The translations under genes were made by a program, and so were the position numbers. From positions 1-55,363 of the IMG/VR virus record IMGVR_UViG_3300048582_000091: a DNA stretch of 55,363 nt; one strand, 5' to 3'. This DNA is from a virus. Its lineage: Duplodnaviria > Caudoviricetes. Below, in pieces: positions 18,873 through 28,308 of the stretch. The notes under the pieces are model-generated. The model searched no databases. It saw only the letters and a program-made list of their open reading frames with translations, and was not told the DNA's origin. Position 1 is the first letter of the stretch. Each line of letters begins with the position of its first letter.

Positions 18873-19839
18873 CGGCACCTGTGCAGTATCTAATATTCAC
18901 ATCACTAACAGTCAACGAATTGCAGTTTTTATGTTGACAGAAAAAACACACCAAGACAAGCATAGCTGCTATACGAATTCCCACTACGAATTTTGTCCCC
19001 TGCCTTTTTATGCAGAGTACAACGACTACGGTGCCGGCGAACATTGCAACGGTATCGGTCTGAATATTATTGTGGATTCCATTCGTGAAAAATTATTCGA
19101 ATTCGAACCAGGCGCAAATAAGTATCACGATATTGCTGTTAAGAAAGAAGCGTTCGACATTAACTTAATGTGGGAAGCAGCGCACGAAAACAGACTCTCG
19201 ATTGAAAGCGAACGAGAAGAAATAATGTTGCGTATGATGTTAAACAGCGCCCGAAGTCCTATCGAACAAGCAGAAATAGTAGCAAGGCTTACTAGTATAA
19301 AGGCTCGAGGCATAACCGTTATACCGATAATGGTGCGTTGTGACATTCTCGACTACATACTAGAGAACGACACAAAAGATTATCATTACCGTGATCCTGC
19401 AGGGAATTTTTCTACCGAAACTTACCGATTTCGGGATTTAATAAATGGTGTGCCGGATTACGTAAAGCGTTTACGAAATGCTGCGCCAGATGAACTGCTT
19501 TTACCGAGCAACTTTAGAGGCGACAACCTATTTAGAAACAACGAAAGAAACTATGTTGTAGAGTGGTTTCGGAGACACAGGGAGACTGTGTCTCCCTTGT
19601 TTGAGATTTTTGATCTAACAGAAAACTTGTCAAAAATGAGCGACGAATCAGCAATCGAACTATTATCCGAGTTCTTGAAGGGTTTATGGCTAAATGAATA
19701 TATGGACAGTTTACACAAGGCATGGTCAAAACCTATAACCGGTGGCCAAGTAATCGATCACCAGCCATATCAGCTATTAAACGATGCAGTACAAAAAGCA
19801 TTTAAACAAGAACGCATCGACTGGGAAATGGATGATTAA
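18859..19839 (+). CDS. hypothetical phage protein
   Basis: Long ORF, likely start MGSYNGTC at 18859 after AGGGA; contains YNDYG. Confidence 0.7.
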   Translation: MGSYNGTCAVSNIHITNSQRIAVFMLTEKTHQDKHSCYTNSHYEFCPLPFYAEYNDYGAGEHCNGIGLNIIVDSIREKLFEFEPGANKYHDIAVKKEAFDINLMWEAAHENRLSIESEREEIMLRMMLNSARSPIEQAEIVARLTSIKARGITVIPIMVRCDILDYILENDTKDYHYRDPAGNFSTETYRFRDLINGVPDYVKRLRNAAPDELLLPSNFRGDNLFRNNERNYVVEWFRRHRETVSPLFEIFDLTENLSKMSDESAIELLSEFLKGLWLNEYMDSLHKAWSKPITGGQVIDHQPYQLLNDAVQKAFKQERIDWEMDD

Positions 19840-19857
19840 AAATAATTAAAATAATAG

Positions 19858-19886
19858 TTGACAATCGGGTTGCACGTTGCTATAAT
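19858..19886 (+). promoter_or_regulatory. sigma70-type early promoter
   Basis: TTGACA(19858-63)-N17-TATAAT(19881-86) with TG extension. Confidence 0.85.
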
Positions 19887-19939
19887 AGCGACGTAAACAA
19901 ACAAACACACTTTACTTAAACAAAACGGAGTAACACAAT

Positions 19940-21031
19940 ATGTCAGATCGTAGAGTACGCCCACGTGATGCACGAATCCTCATTGAACGAGCCATGCAGG
20001 TCGGTCGTCCCATCTTTATCTGGGGCCCACCCGGCATCGGCAAGTCCGATATGATCGCTGCAATTGGCGTAGCCCAAAACCGTCCTGTAATCGACCTGCG
20101 TTTGCTGTTGCTTGAGCCAACAGACATCAAGGGTATCCCTTACTACGATATGGATACTAAATCTATGCGTTGGGCGAAACCAACTGAACTGCCAGGTGAG
20201 AACGAAATTCACTTGCACAATGCAATTCTGTTCCTAGACGAGCTGAACGCTGCGCCGCCGAGCGTACAGGCTGCTGCTTATCAGCTGATTCTCAACCGTC
20301 GTGTTGGTGAATACCGTCTGCCTGCAGGCGTTAGCATTGTAGCTGCTGGTAACCGTGACACTGACAAGGGTGTAACGTTCCGCATGCCTAGCCCGCTTGC
20401 CAACCGTTTCACTCACGTTGAACTGGAAGCTAACTTCGAAGATTGGCAGAAGTGGGCAATTAACGCTAACGTCCACGCTGACGTTGTTGGTTTCTTGTCT
20501 TACCACAAGCAGCACCTGTTTACTTTTGACCCTAAGTCACCGGACAAAGCGTTTGCTACTCCGCGTTCGTGGGCGTTTGTGGGCGATTTGATTTCAGATA
20601 ACTTGCCCGAGAGCCTGAATACTACTCTGGTAGCAGGTACTGTCGGCGAAGGTCTTGCAATTGAATTTCAGCAGCATCGTAAAGTGTCGTCTAAGCTGCC
20701 TAAGCCGGATGATGTTCTAACTGGTAAAGTTAAGGATTTACATGTAAAAGAAATTTCTGCAATGTATTCGTTGACTATTTCCATGTGCTATACTTTGCAA
20801 GAGTGGGTTAAACGTGCTAAGGACACCACCGAAGATACTTATAGCATGGATGACTGGAGCAAGAACGTTGACTTCTTCTTCCGTTACATGATGGACAACT
20901 TCGGCACAGAGATGATTGTACTTGGTGCTAAAACTGCACTGCGCGATTATCAACTACCGATTGACCACCGTAAGCTGAACAACTTCAAAGAGTTCCACAG
21001 CAAATACGGAAGCTATATTCTGGAAGATTGA
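19940..21031 (+). CDS. MoxR-like AAA+ ATPase
   Basis: Walker A GPPGIGKS, Walker B LFLDE, sensor AAGN, Arg finger LANRF. Confidence 0.92.
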   Translation: MSDRRVRPRDARILIERAMQVGRPIFIWGPPGIGKSDMIAAIGVAQNRPVIDLRLLLLEPTDIKGIPYYDMDTKSMRWAKPTELPGENEIHLHNAILFLDELNAAPPSVQAAAYQLILNRRVGEYRLPAGVSIVAAGNRDTDKGVTFRMPSPLANRFTHVELEANFEDWQKWAINANVHADVVGFLSYHKQHLFTFDPKSPDKAFATPRSWAFVGDLISDNLPESLNTTLVAGTVGEGLAIEFQQHRKVSSKLPKPDDVLTGKVKDLHVKEISAMYSLTISMCYTLQEWVKRAKDTTEDTYSMDDWSKNVDFFFRYMMDNFGTEMIVLGAKTALRDYQLPIDHRKLNNFKEFHSKYGSYILED

Positions 21032-21051
21032 TTCGACATCAGCTGTGTCAT

Positions 21052-21078
21052 AAAAAGCCCTGCAACGCAGGGCTTTTT
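21052..21078. terminator. bidirectional intrinsic terminator
   Basis: AAAAAGCCCTGC-AAC-GCAGGGCTTTTT between convergent genes. Confidence 0.9.
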
Positions 21079-21088
21079 ATTGGATGTT

Positions 21089-21643
21089 TTATACTCCGTA
21101 TTTTAACTTATTTCTTATTACACGATACGGGAAAGGGAATTGATATTGCAACATTATTCTGTCCTCCGTTCTTTTTCTAACAACGGAATGAATAGATGCA
21201 TTATTAAGCAACACCGCTTCTCCTACCTTAGGTATATCGGTATATATAGCTTCTAGGTCGGGATACTCGTTGGAATTATATACTGCCGGCGCCTTATTTG
21301 TTGTTTTAGTATCATTTAGCGGATCTTTCCAAAAGACAAGTTTAGAATCACCGTCAGTTTGCAAATACACCGTAATACTACACGGTATCATAAAATCTCT
21401 ATGCGGTATTAAGTCGGGGTCGTCTATCTTTTGCACGCATATGGCTACTCTAGATGGAAGAAATGCTACTGAAATCGGTAGCATTTTACGAAATATCGTA
21501 TCGTCACTGACATCGAAATAACGGATTGCGTTAAAATCTCTGAACGTTTCGCCGGTTTGTCTTTGCAATACTTCTTCTAAACTAAGTGGAAACTTAAGAT
21601 TGATACGTGTTATTAATGTGTTTTCAACTTCTTCTGGAGTCAT
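21089..21643 (-). CDS. 2OG-Fe(II) oxygenase-like (double-stranded beta-helix) protein
   Basis: HxD (PHRD), distal His (IHSV) and Arg (DRIMLQ) in the usual order. Confidence 0.6.
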   Translation of the reverse strand: MTPEEVENTLITRINLKFPLSLEEVLQRQTGETFRDFNAIRYFDVSDDTIFRKMLPISVAFLPSRVAICVQKIDDPDLIPHRDFMIPCSITVYLQTDGDSKLVFWKDPLNDTKTTNKAPAVYNSNEYPDLEAIYTDIPKVGEAVLLNNASIHSVVRKRTEDRIMLQYQFPFPYRVIRNKLKYGV

Positions 21644-22292
21644 AATGAGCCTTTATTTCTTTATAGTTCTTTGTTAATATTTTTAAATCTTCGTGCTCGT
21701 CTTTAGATGTAACTATGTATTTAAAACCTAAATCTTCTTCTCCGCGTATTAGCTTATCGAAATCTATAAATCTTCCACGGCCTTCTTTTACTAGTTGTTC
21801 CTGCCTGCAAAGAGAAGTCATTAGCAAATCATAATATCCGTCGAACTCTTCTAAGTCAATAGTTACTGGCTCAGATTTCGTAGTGCCGGCATAATTATAG
21901 TTATGTTTTGATATTAACAGACTAAGTAGCTGGTCGAATGTATTACTTCTTCTCGGGCATAAGAAATAATGATCCTTCACCACATCTTCGAATCCAGGGC
22001 ATTCGTCGTAATATGCACTAAACACAGTGACAATAGATTTGATAGAATTAAATTTAGTACGCTTTTTATAAAATTCCACTTGATCGGGCGTAGGAGTTAT
22101 CTCGACTACCACCCTCGGGTATTTAGTGTACGCATCAGTATTCTTAATCTTATCCCCAGTATCTGCATTATAAAATGTAGTAAATATTTCGCCAAAGTCC
22201 ATGTATCCTAGATGCCGTTTAAATATGTCTCGAATTGACTTTGTACCGGTCCGAGGCATGCCGAATACTGCTAATTTATTTGGATAATGCAT
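21624..22292 (-). CDS. sulfotransferase-like P-loop protein
   Basis: N-terminal GMPRTGTKS (PAPS 5'-binding-like), GEIF, RRSNTFDQLLS (R...S 3'-phosphate motif). Confidence 0.6.
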   Translation of the reverse strand: MHYPNKLAVFGMPRTGTKSIRDIFKRHLGYMDFGEIFTTFYNADTGDKIKNTDAYTKYPRVVVEITPTPDQVEFYKKRTKFNSIKSIVTVFSAYYDECPGFEDVVKDHYFLCPRRSNTFDQLLSLLISKHNYNYAGTTKSEPVTIDLEEFDGYYDLLMTSLCRQEQLVKEGRGRFIDFDKLIRGEEDLGFKYIVTSKDEHEDLKILTKNYKEIKAHYDSRRS

Positions 22293-23235
22293 ATATGTGC
22301 TCCTGTGTTGTGGTTACCGCTAGTGCAGACTTTCTAAAAGATTGAACATATTGTGCGCTTGCGGATTTTGTTCTGTATAAGAAATTATCATCTTTTATAA
22401 AATCCGCGACAGCTTTTTTTAACGGCATTTTGTGCAGAAAATCATCCATCTCTTTACTTTCAGCATTAGCACGCATCGAATATTGCTGAAATTCTGTAGA
22501 AGTAAAGAAAGACTCTGCGTTAGCATTATTTGAATCTGTCCATAGATATCTGCTATATTTAGCATTATGGTATCCCCAGTTAAATTCTAGCCACCATAAT
22601 AGTTTCTGCACTGTGTCGATTTTAAACGGTGCCCTATCTATAGAATCTAATAGCATTACTGCTGCTTCATATTTTCTACTACGCGGGTGCGGGCTGTATG
22701 CTACGCACTCTATAACTCGTAGTACTTTTTGTATAGTAATAGGAGTGTACAAATATTCATACCCGAATTGTTGTCCTATTTTTTTAACTTCGTCATTGTC
22801 GACCGCACCTTCGGCTCCGGAGCCGAATACATGCACGTAATTATTATCCCAGTGTCCTGCGAATCCGATAGTTAATGTATTTGCAATTATCTTTGCAAGA
22901 GAATAGCATTCGTTCATTGCTGAAACTGTTGTTATTATGTGAGGTTTTATATCGCGTTTTAACAGTTCGCACAGTACATACGCACTGTCGATACCTCCGC
23001 TATAATGCAAAGCAATAGGCTTGTTCAGTTTAAGCAACTCTTCTATGCGTGCATTACTTGCTTCTTCTAAACTTATATTCTTGTCAACAGGAATTAGTTC
23101 CGATATCATATCTATGCTAGCATCTTGCGACCTTGTCCTATCCCATACTGTTGCAGAACGTGCGGCGACAGTGTACATAGATCTTAGGGGGCTACCGGCA
23201 CTCAAATAAGAATAATTAAAGGCAAGTAATATCAT
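22276..23235 (-). CDS. PP-loop ATP pyrophosphatase, asparagine-synthetase C-domain-like amide ligase
   Basis: HYSGGIDS, FGSGAE (cf. GEGADE), C-terminal FF...KMPLK...RTK; no glutaminase domain. Confidence 0.65.
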   Translation of the reverse strand: MILLAFNYSYLSAGSPLRSMYTVAARSATVWDRTRSQDASIDMISELIPVDKNISLEEASNARIEELLKLNKPIALHYSGGIDSAYVLCELLKRDIKPHIITTVSAMNECYSLAKIIANTLTIGFAGHWDNNYVHVFGSGAEGAVDNDEVKKIGQQFGYEYLYTPITIQKVLRVIECVAYSPHPRSRKYEAAVMLLDSIDRAPFKIDTVQKLLWWLEFNWGYHNAKYSRYLWTDSNNANAESFFTSTEFQQYSMRANAESKEMDDFLHKMPLKKAVADFIKDDNFLYRTKSASAQYVQSFRKSALAVTTTQEHIYALSK

Positions 23236-23238
23236 ACA

Positions 23239-23709
23239 TCACGCCCCTAAGATTAACCTAGTATAATTAGCATGCATTAACTCGTAGTTACCTTTATCTA
23301 TATAATCGCGAGTAGATAATTCTCTCACTAACTGAGTTAGTATTTTAATTTTTAGTTTTATTAACTCTGCTCGTTCTGTATCTATCAAAACTTGTAGTCC
23401 AGGTACTAAAGAAAAACATGTCTGAATTTTCAAGTCGAAGTACGATACGACTAACGTAATCAAACTACATTTAAATGAAATCGTATCGTGCAGATTACTC
23501 TTGTTGCACTCGGTTATTTGTCCTGTAAACCCAATTACGTAATTAGGATTTAATCGATAGTAACGACTAGGCTCCATATCTGCACAAACTAATCCAGTCG
23601 ACGTTATTAATAAATCAGAGTGAGACTGTCTAGTTAATTCTGCAATTTCGTACGTTGTTGTTAAAAATACATAATGATCATTGGCGGAAAATAATATAGC
23701 TTCATTCAT
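23239..23709 (-). CDS. hypothetical protein
   Basis: 156 aa, coupled within the operon. Confidence 0.6.
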   Translation of the reverse strand: MNEAILFSANDHYVFLTTTYEIAELTRQSHSDLLITSTGLVCADMEPSRYYRLNPNYVIGFTGQITECNKSNLHDTISFKCSLITLVVSYFDLKIQTCFSLVPGLQVLIDTERAELIKLKIKILTQLVRELSTRDYIDKGNYELMHANYTRLILGA

Positions 23710-24247
23710 TAAATGTTAACCTAAATAATATATTGTCACATTTAGAAGGTTCGTTGCCTAATAACCAATTATGCCACGGTATATTAGATGTGTCGCCCTT
23801 TTTAAATTCTCTTATTTGTATCATTTGTTTAGTGTCTTTTGCGATATGCATGCCGTATCTGATAAATCCTTTCATAAACCTGTCATTTAACGGATTTTTA
23901 CGATTAGCAGTAGTACTCTTAATAATGCCTATCATGCTCTTCATGTTTAATTTGCGAGCTTCTAAGTATGCGTGCTCATGCAACTCTACTATATCTTTTG
24001 CACTAGATACGCTCATACTTAATATACTTGTGTAAGTATCCATTATAGGAAAGAAATATCGCAATATATGAACTGCAACTATCTTCTCGTTACTCATCAT
24101 AACATCTATATTGTGCAATGAGAAGATAGTCTTATCTTCGATGCTGTTTATTATTAAATTCGAACAAGTATATAGCTTTTTCTTCTCTAATTCTTTTAAA
24201 AATTCCAGCAGTAAAGGCGTGTCGTCTGCTGATAATCTTCTTATCAT
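23702..24247 (-). CDS. possible GNAT-fold acyltransferase
   Basis: MIRRLSADD...LLEF N-terminus and size fit GNAT; the acetyl-CoA motif is not clear. Confidence 0.4.
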   Translation of the reverse strand: MIRRLSADDTPLLLEFLKELEKKKLYTCSNLIINSIEDKTIFSLHNIDVMMSNEKIVAVHILRYFFPIMDTYTSILSMSVSSAKDIVELHEHAYLEARKLNMKSMIGIIKSTTANRKNPLNDRFMKGFIRYGMHIAKDTKQMIQIREFKKGDTSNIPWHNWLLGNEPSKCDNILFRLTFNE

Positions 24248-25029
24248 ACTTGTCGCAGTAGTCTTAACATCTGGTATCCAATGTCTACTTCGCCCGGTTT
24301 CATTGCAAAGTTAGCTTTGTTTGCGTGGGCGTGATGATTATTGTGAAGCCCTTCTCCGGCAGTGATTAGTGAACAGAATGTATTATTTGTACTATCGTTA
24401 CCGACTTCGAAGTTCTTATAGCCTACGTTTTTGTGATGACAAATATAATCAACAAAAAACTGCATAACAAATATAGATACAAAAGCAGGCGCAAAATATG
24501 CGTATATAACTAACATAGGATTGATAAGTGCTAATACTGCGATATACGCTAGCGCCACGCCCCAGTAGTATTTGTGTGTAGTCCACAGATAATCATTCTT
24601 ATCAACTTTTCTAATTCTAGAAATTGCGTAGCGTTCGTTCACTGGCTGATAAGCACGGAGAAAGACTATTCTCCACCAAGGGACAGTGCTAGGTGTCTGG
24701 GGGTCGTCTGCTGTGTCGGCAATTGCGTGATGGTGAGAATGAACTGCGGAATATAGCAATGGGGATCCTTGCCCTAATAGCGCAGCTACAGTAAGACAAA
24801 ATCTGTAAAACCACGGATCAGGGTTAAAACTGCGATGCGCTGCTATACGATGATGTCCGATCGAACCACCGAATGTAATACCGACAAAGGAAAACATCGC
24901 CCATAGAGCAGCGTAGTACCATGTAATATTGATTGTTGCAAAAATACACGCCAATGCTCCTAATAATAGAAATAGTTGGCAAGACAGACGAGTTTGTTCA
25001 AGTGTCAGAAAGTTTTTCAGGTTTAGCAT
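24244..25029 (-). CDS. membrane-bound di-iron fatty acid desaturase (delta-9-like)
   Basis: His boxes HHRIAAHRSF, HSHHH and GEGLHNNHH; TM helices; likely ATG 25029 (ORF opens at 25041). Confidence 0.92.
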   Translation of the reverse strand: MLNLKNFLTLEQTRLSCQLFLLLGALACIFATINITWYYAALWAMFSFVGITFGGSIGHHRIAAHRSFNPDPWFYRFCLTVAALLGQGSPLLYSAVHSHHHAIADTADDPQTPSTVPWWRIVFLRAYQPVNERYAISRIRKVDKNDYLWTTHKYYWGVALAYIAVLALINPMLVIYAYFAPAFVSIFVMQFFVDYICHHKNVGYKNFEVGNDSTNNTFCSLITAGEGLHNNHHAHANKANFAMKPGEVDIGYQMLRLLRQV

Positions 25030-25537
25030 ACGTAGTCTCAAAATAATATATTGTAACTGTGTCGGTTTCTAGGCAAACTTTTTTATTAAATATGCCTGTG
25101 CTCGATAGTAGTCTACCTTCTTCATATACGATGCCGTTTTCTGCAAAACTAACAGCACCGGTCTCTATATACCCGATTGTATTATCAGGCATCATAAAGT
25201 CTTCGGTATATGTAACTCTGTAAGAATTTACTTGTATTTTTTTTCTAGAATAAGAACAAATCCATTCGGTGCCATCTTCGTGTACCCTGATATAATATGT
25301 GCCCGGTGGATGAGTTTTGCCGTCCACCTTAGTGCCGAATTTAGGCACGTAATCAGAACACATCTCCCCTTTCTCATTGTACATAGACATAGAGCCTTTA
25401 ATGATGTATATAGATCTCTCTAGTGTTTCAAGAGGAAGACCGTTAGGACGTTCCTCTTTGTATACAGTTTCGCCTTTATTCGCAATACAATGCAGTGCTA
25501 TTAAATCTCTTCTAACACTCTTAGTTTTGATATGCAT
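24998..25537 (-). CDS. hypothetical beta-rich (cupin-like) protein
   Basis: Two YIIKGS / YIETGA half-repeats; resembles 45871-46377. Confidence 0.5.
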   Translation of the reverse strand: MHIKTKSVRRDLIALHCIANKGETVYKEERPNGLPLETLERSIYIIKGSMSMYNEKGEMCSDYVPKFGTKVDGKTHPPGTYYIRVHEDGTEWICSYSRKKIQVNSYRVTYTEDFMMPDNTIGYIETGAVSFAENGIVYEEGRLLSSTGIFNKKVCLETDTVTIYYFETTYAKPEKLSDT

Positions 25538-26220
25538 TACTTAGCTAAACCTTCTTTACCATAAAGCATATATTTCATTACGTTTTTGACTTCTAACTGA
25601 TATGCATACGTAATGAACCCGAGTTCTTCAGCATCGGCAGCTTCGTCGATATCGTTTGCAGCTACTATTCTTTTAGATTCTAAAATAACAAATACTTGTC
25701 TTAATTTGTCTCGCATCTCTAACGCTTCTGCAACAACTACCTCAACATCCACACATCTGATGTCTGCCTCTACTTGAATAAACGCAGGCAACTCAATCAA
25801 TCCGTACTTATATTGTTCCACCATGGTAAATCTAAGAGGAGAATTCACGACTGCAATAGCAAGATTAAGATCTTTATGCAATGTTTGTTTTGACATATCT
25901 TTCAGTTCTTCTAGCGTATCTGCAGGCAATGGAATATCGCCGCTGTCTTCTATTTGCACTAATCTCTCAATGAGCTCGAAGTTCGAGGCAGAAGCAACTA
26001 CTGCTGCTCGTCGAAATACATATAATGGCGCACGTTCCATAATTGCTGCGGACAATACGTCTCCTGTCACGTATTCGCCTGTAGTTTCGTCAACAGGTAC
26101 GTCTACTTCTAAGTATGTGCCTTGTGGTAAATCATCGTTGTAAAATTTTACAACTAGTCTACCGTAATCTGTGTTAGCATTTGTAATTTTGTACTTAATT
26201 GCCTTTATTTTAGTTTCCAT
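25537..26220 (-). CDS. hypothetical protein, possible tail-fibre assembly/chaperone type
   Basis: Directly follows the adhesin; helical C-terminal half starting TLEELK. Confidence 0.45.
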   Translation of the reverse strand: METKIKAIKYKITNANTDYGRLVVKFYNDDLPQGTYLEVDVPVDETTGEYVTGDVLSAAIMERAPLYVFRRAAVVASASNFELIERLVQIEDSGDIPLPADTLEELKDMSKQTLHKDLNLAIAVVNSPLRFTMVEQYKYGLIELPAFIQVEADIRCVDVEVVVAEALEMRDKLRQVFVILESKRIVAANDIDEAADAEELGFITYAYQLEVKNVMKYMLYGKEGLAK

Positions 26221-26223
26221 AAA

Positions 26224-27084
26224 TCACCCTTGTCGTGTGCCGTATATATTTCCGAATACTGCATATATTATTAATGAATTACCCTGAATAGCTACTCCTG
26301 CTTCTGTCGCAAATTCGCCCGTCACGCCGTCTTGTGTTAGACCATTGCCGCCCCTTGCACCGATGCCGCCGCCACTACCTTCGTTGTTTGTGCCATTATT
26401 ATATGCCCCTTGCTGTCCGGCCGGGGTACTAGCACTAGCTGTAGCCATATCGTATCCGTTAGTAACCGAACCAGGCAACACAGTTGCAACAGTGTCTCCG
26501 CCACCGCCGCCGCCGCTTGCAATGCCGGCTTTTGACGCCCAGTACTGACTTCCGCCAGCCCCGCCGCCGCCACCAATGATACCGTTGTTTGTTAGCGTCA
26601 ACGGCACCGTAGTTCTTAACGCTGGGCCACCATTCGCACCCGCAACGTAGTTACCGTTTGCGTCAGCCGTTGCTGGTTGACCTTGTTTACCTACTATACG
26701 GCCTGCCGATCCTATATTTAGCACAATTGCTGATCCTGCCGGTAAATTTCCGGAATCAAATGCATACGATCCAGCGGAGCTAGAACCTACAACCGAGTTC
26801 ACAGTGACCGTAACTCTGACAGGGTCAACGCCGTTCCATCCTGTACCTAACGCAGCGTCTCGCACATTATAATTAGGGGTAGCTGTATCTATAGATGGCG
26901 GCGAGACCGGAATTAGATAAGTTTTTCCGTAAAAATTAGAATAACTAATTTGCGAATTGGGAGCCGGTACCCCGGCTAAGCTACGTGCTGCTGGATCATT
27001 TATACTAAATGTAGCTGTAGCACTTCTGTCTAATTCTACGTTTATCTGGGAAGCTGCAATTGTTCCACTAGGCGGTAGAGCCAT
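26224..27084 (-). CDS. Gly-rich tail-fibre adhesin-like protein (T2/S16 gp38-type)
   Basis: LTNNGIIGGGGGAGG and further Gly tracts; N-terminus paralogous to 34067-35134; AGGAG RBS. Confidence 0.65.
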   Translation of the reverse strand: MALPPSGTIAASQINVELDRSATATFSINDPAARSLAGVPAPNSQISYSNFYGKTYLIPVSPPSIDTATPNYNVRDAALGTGWNGVDPVRVTVTVNSVVGSSSAGSYAFDSGNLPAGSAIVLNIGSAGRIVGKQGQPATADANGNYVAGANGGPALRTTVPLTLTNNGIIGGGGGAGGSQYWASKAGIASGGGGGGDTVATVLPGSVTNGYDMATASASTPAGQQGAYNNGTNNEGSGGGIGARGGNGLTQDGVTGEFATEAGVAIQGNSLIIYAVFGNIYGTRQG

Positions 27085-27109
27085 ATGTTTCTCCTACGAT
27101 TTATTAATA

Positions 27110-27206
27110 TATTTATCATCCGATTATACTGTACGAGGCTGTCTAGCAAATGTAACAGCGTATATAAGCTATTTATCTAAATAATTTAAACTATAAAAGA
27201 TAAATA
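27110..27206. promoter_or_regulatory. divergent putative late promoters (GATAAATA)
   Basis: GATAAATA on - at 27110-17 and 27170-77 and on + at 27199-27206. Confidence 0.65.
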
Positions 27207-27236
27207 TATGATAAACATTTTCATAGGAGAATAAAA

Positions 27237-27773
27237 ATGGCATTTTTACCGAACAACCCAAATGGAGTAAACGTAGCGCCTAGTGCTAACACCAAACCAA
27301 TGGACGGTTTCTGGAGCGAAAGAGATGTTACTTGGTTAGCCCTTACTGCAACATACACGCTAGGCGGGACACTATACGAAGATGCGTTTGAAAAACCATG
27401 GAGTATTGCGGGTTACACTGAAAACGTAACTAACGTCTTAGAAGATCGCGGTACAATCATAGGTATGTATAACAATCAACCGGCGCCCCTAGGTTCTCAG
27501 CCAGTCGGAAGCACCGGTGAGGGCGGAACACTTTACATCGCATTAGGACACGCTGCTGGGTATTTTGCGCCGGGTTCGATTACTACCGGAACTAAAGACG
27601 CCGGTGGGGTACTAACCTTTGCCGGAACTAAACCAGATCCAACAAATCCTGCACTAACAGTACCGTTTGTTGACCCGGTAAGTGAAGGTATTATTGCAAA
27701 AGTATTAGCGGACTATCCTTATGTGCCTGCGACTTTAGAAATTCTTGTCGGAAACGGGTTCGTAGTCCTTTAA
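27237..27773 (+). CDS. hypothetical, likely virion protein
   Basis: AGGAG RBS, GATAAATA upstream, Gly/Thr/Pro-rich. Confidence 0.6.
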   Translation: MAFLPNNPNGVNVAPSANTKPMDGFWSERDVTWLALTATYTLGGTLYEDAFEKPWSIAGYTENVTNVLEDRGTIIGMYNNQPAPLGSQPVGSTGEGGTLYIALGHAAGYFAPGSITTGTKDAGGVLTFAGTKPDPTNPALTVPFVDPVSEGIIAKVLADYPYVPATLEILVGNGFVVL

Positions 27774-27854
27774 TTTACTCACAATTTATCGTATCCTAGA
27801 GAGTAAAACGATAAATAAACACTTAATAACAACAACCCTTAAGGAGAAATAAAA

Positions 27855-28163
27855 ATGAAAGGTTTAGTATTAATTCCAGTAGCATTAATGATTGCGTTGA
27901 CTACCGGTTGTGCAGCAACTGATAAAATCAGTGATGAATTGCACATCTTTGGCGGCCACCACAACGAACTAAAGCATCGCATTAACAAAGCAGAAGACAC
28001 TGCTGCTCATGCACAAGCTGATGCTGCTGCTGCACAAGCTGATGCTGCTGCTGCACAAGCTGATGCTGCGGCTGCTAAGGCTGACGCTGCTCACGCACAA
28101 GCCACAGCCGAAGCTGCTAAGAGAATGGCGCAACAGGCGCTTGACAAGTATAGTAGAAAATAA
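27855..28163 (+). CDS. OprI/Lpp-like alanine-zipper outer-membrane lipoprotein
   Basis: Signal peptide with lipobox LTTG-C, Ala heptads, C-terminal KYSRK; AAGGAG RBS; GATAAATA at 27810-17. Confidence 0.85.
   Translation: MKGLVLIPVALMIALTTGCAATDKISDELHIFGGHHNELKHRINKAEDTAAHAQADAAAAQADAAAAQADAAAAKADAAHAQATAEAAKRMAQQALDKYSRK
28011..28094 (+). repeat. 21-bp tandem repeat, four copies, encoding AQADAAA heptads
   Basis: GCACAAGCTGATGCTGCTGCT twice exact plus two degenerate copies. Confidence 0.9.
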
Positions 28164-28177
28164 GTTATACCGCCGTG

Positions 28178-28209
28178 AAAAGAAAGCCGCTTAAAAGCGG
28201 CTTTCTTTT
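28178..28209 (+). terminator. intrinsic terminator
   Basis: AAAAGAAAGCCGCTT-AA-AAGCGGCTTTCTTTT. Confidence 0.85.
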
Positions 28210-28214
28210 GGTCA

Positions 28215-28255
28215 GATAAATAGTAGTTGACAAGGTATGCAATGTATGTTATACT
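28215..28255 (+). promoter_or_regulatory. tandem late motif plus sigma70 promoter for the cold-shock gene
   Basis: GATAAATA 28215-22; TTGACA(28227-32)-N17-TATACT(28250-55). Confidence 0.75.
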
Positions 28256-28308
28256 TGTCGCGTAATAAAAGATTACGCAATACAACTTATATAGGATTTA
28301 AAAGATTT

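Noticed and set aside
22276-23235. Calling this gene queC or a lasso-peptide cyclase
   Set aside because: It has SGGxDS but no QueC zinc-binding Cys cluster, and no lasso precursor, leader peptidase or RRE is recognisable nearby.
28011-28094. Tandem repeat as a possible CRISPR array
   Set aside because: The 21-bp units are contiguous with no spacers and encode in-frame Ala heptads.
28260-28278. Hairpin GCGTAAT-AAAAG-ATTACGC in the cspA leader as a thermosensor or ncRNA
   Set aside because: A 7-bp stem in a short leader is too little evidence.
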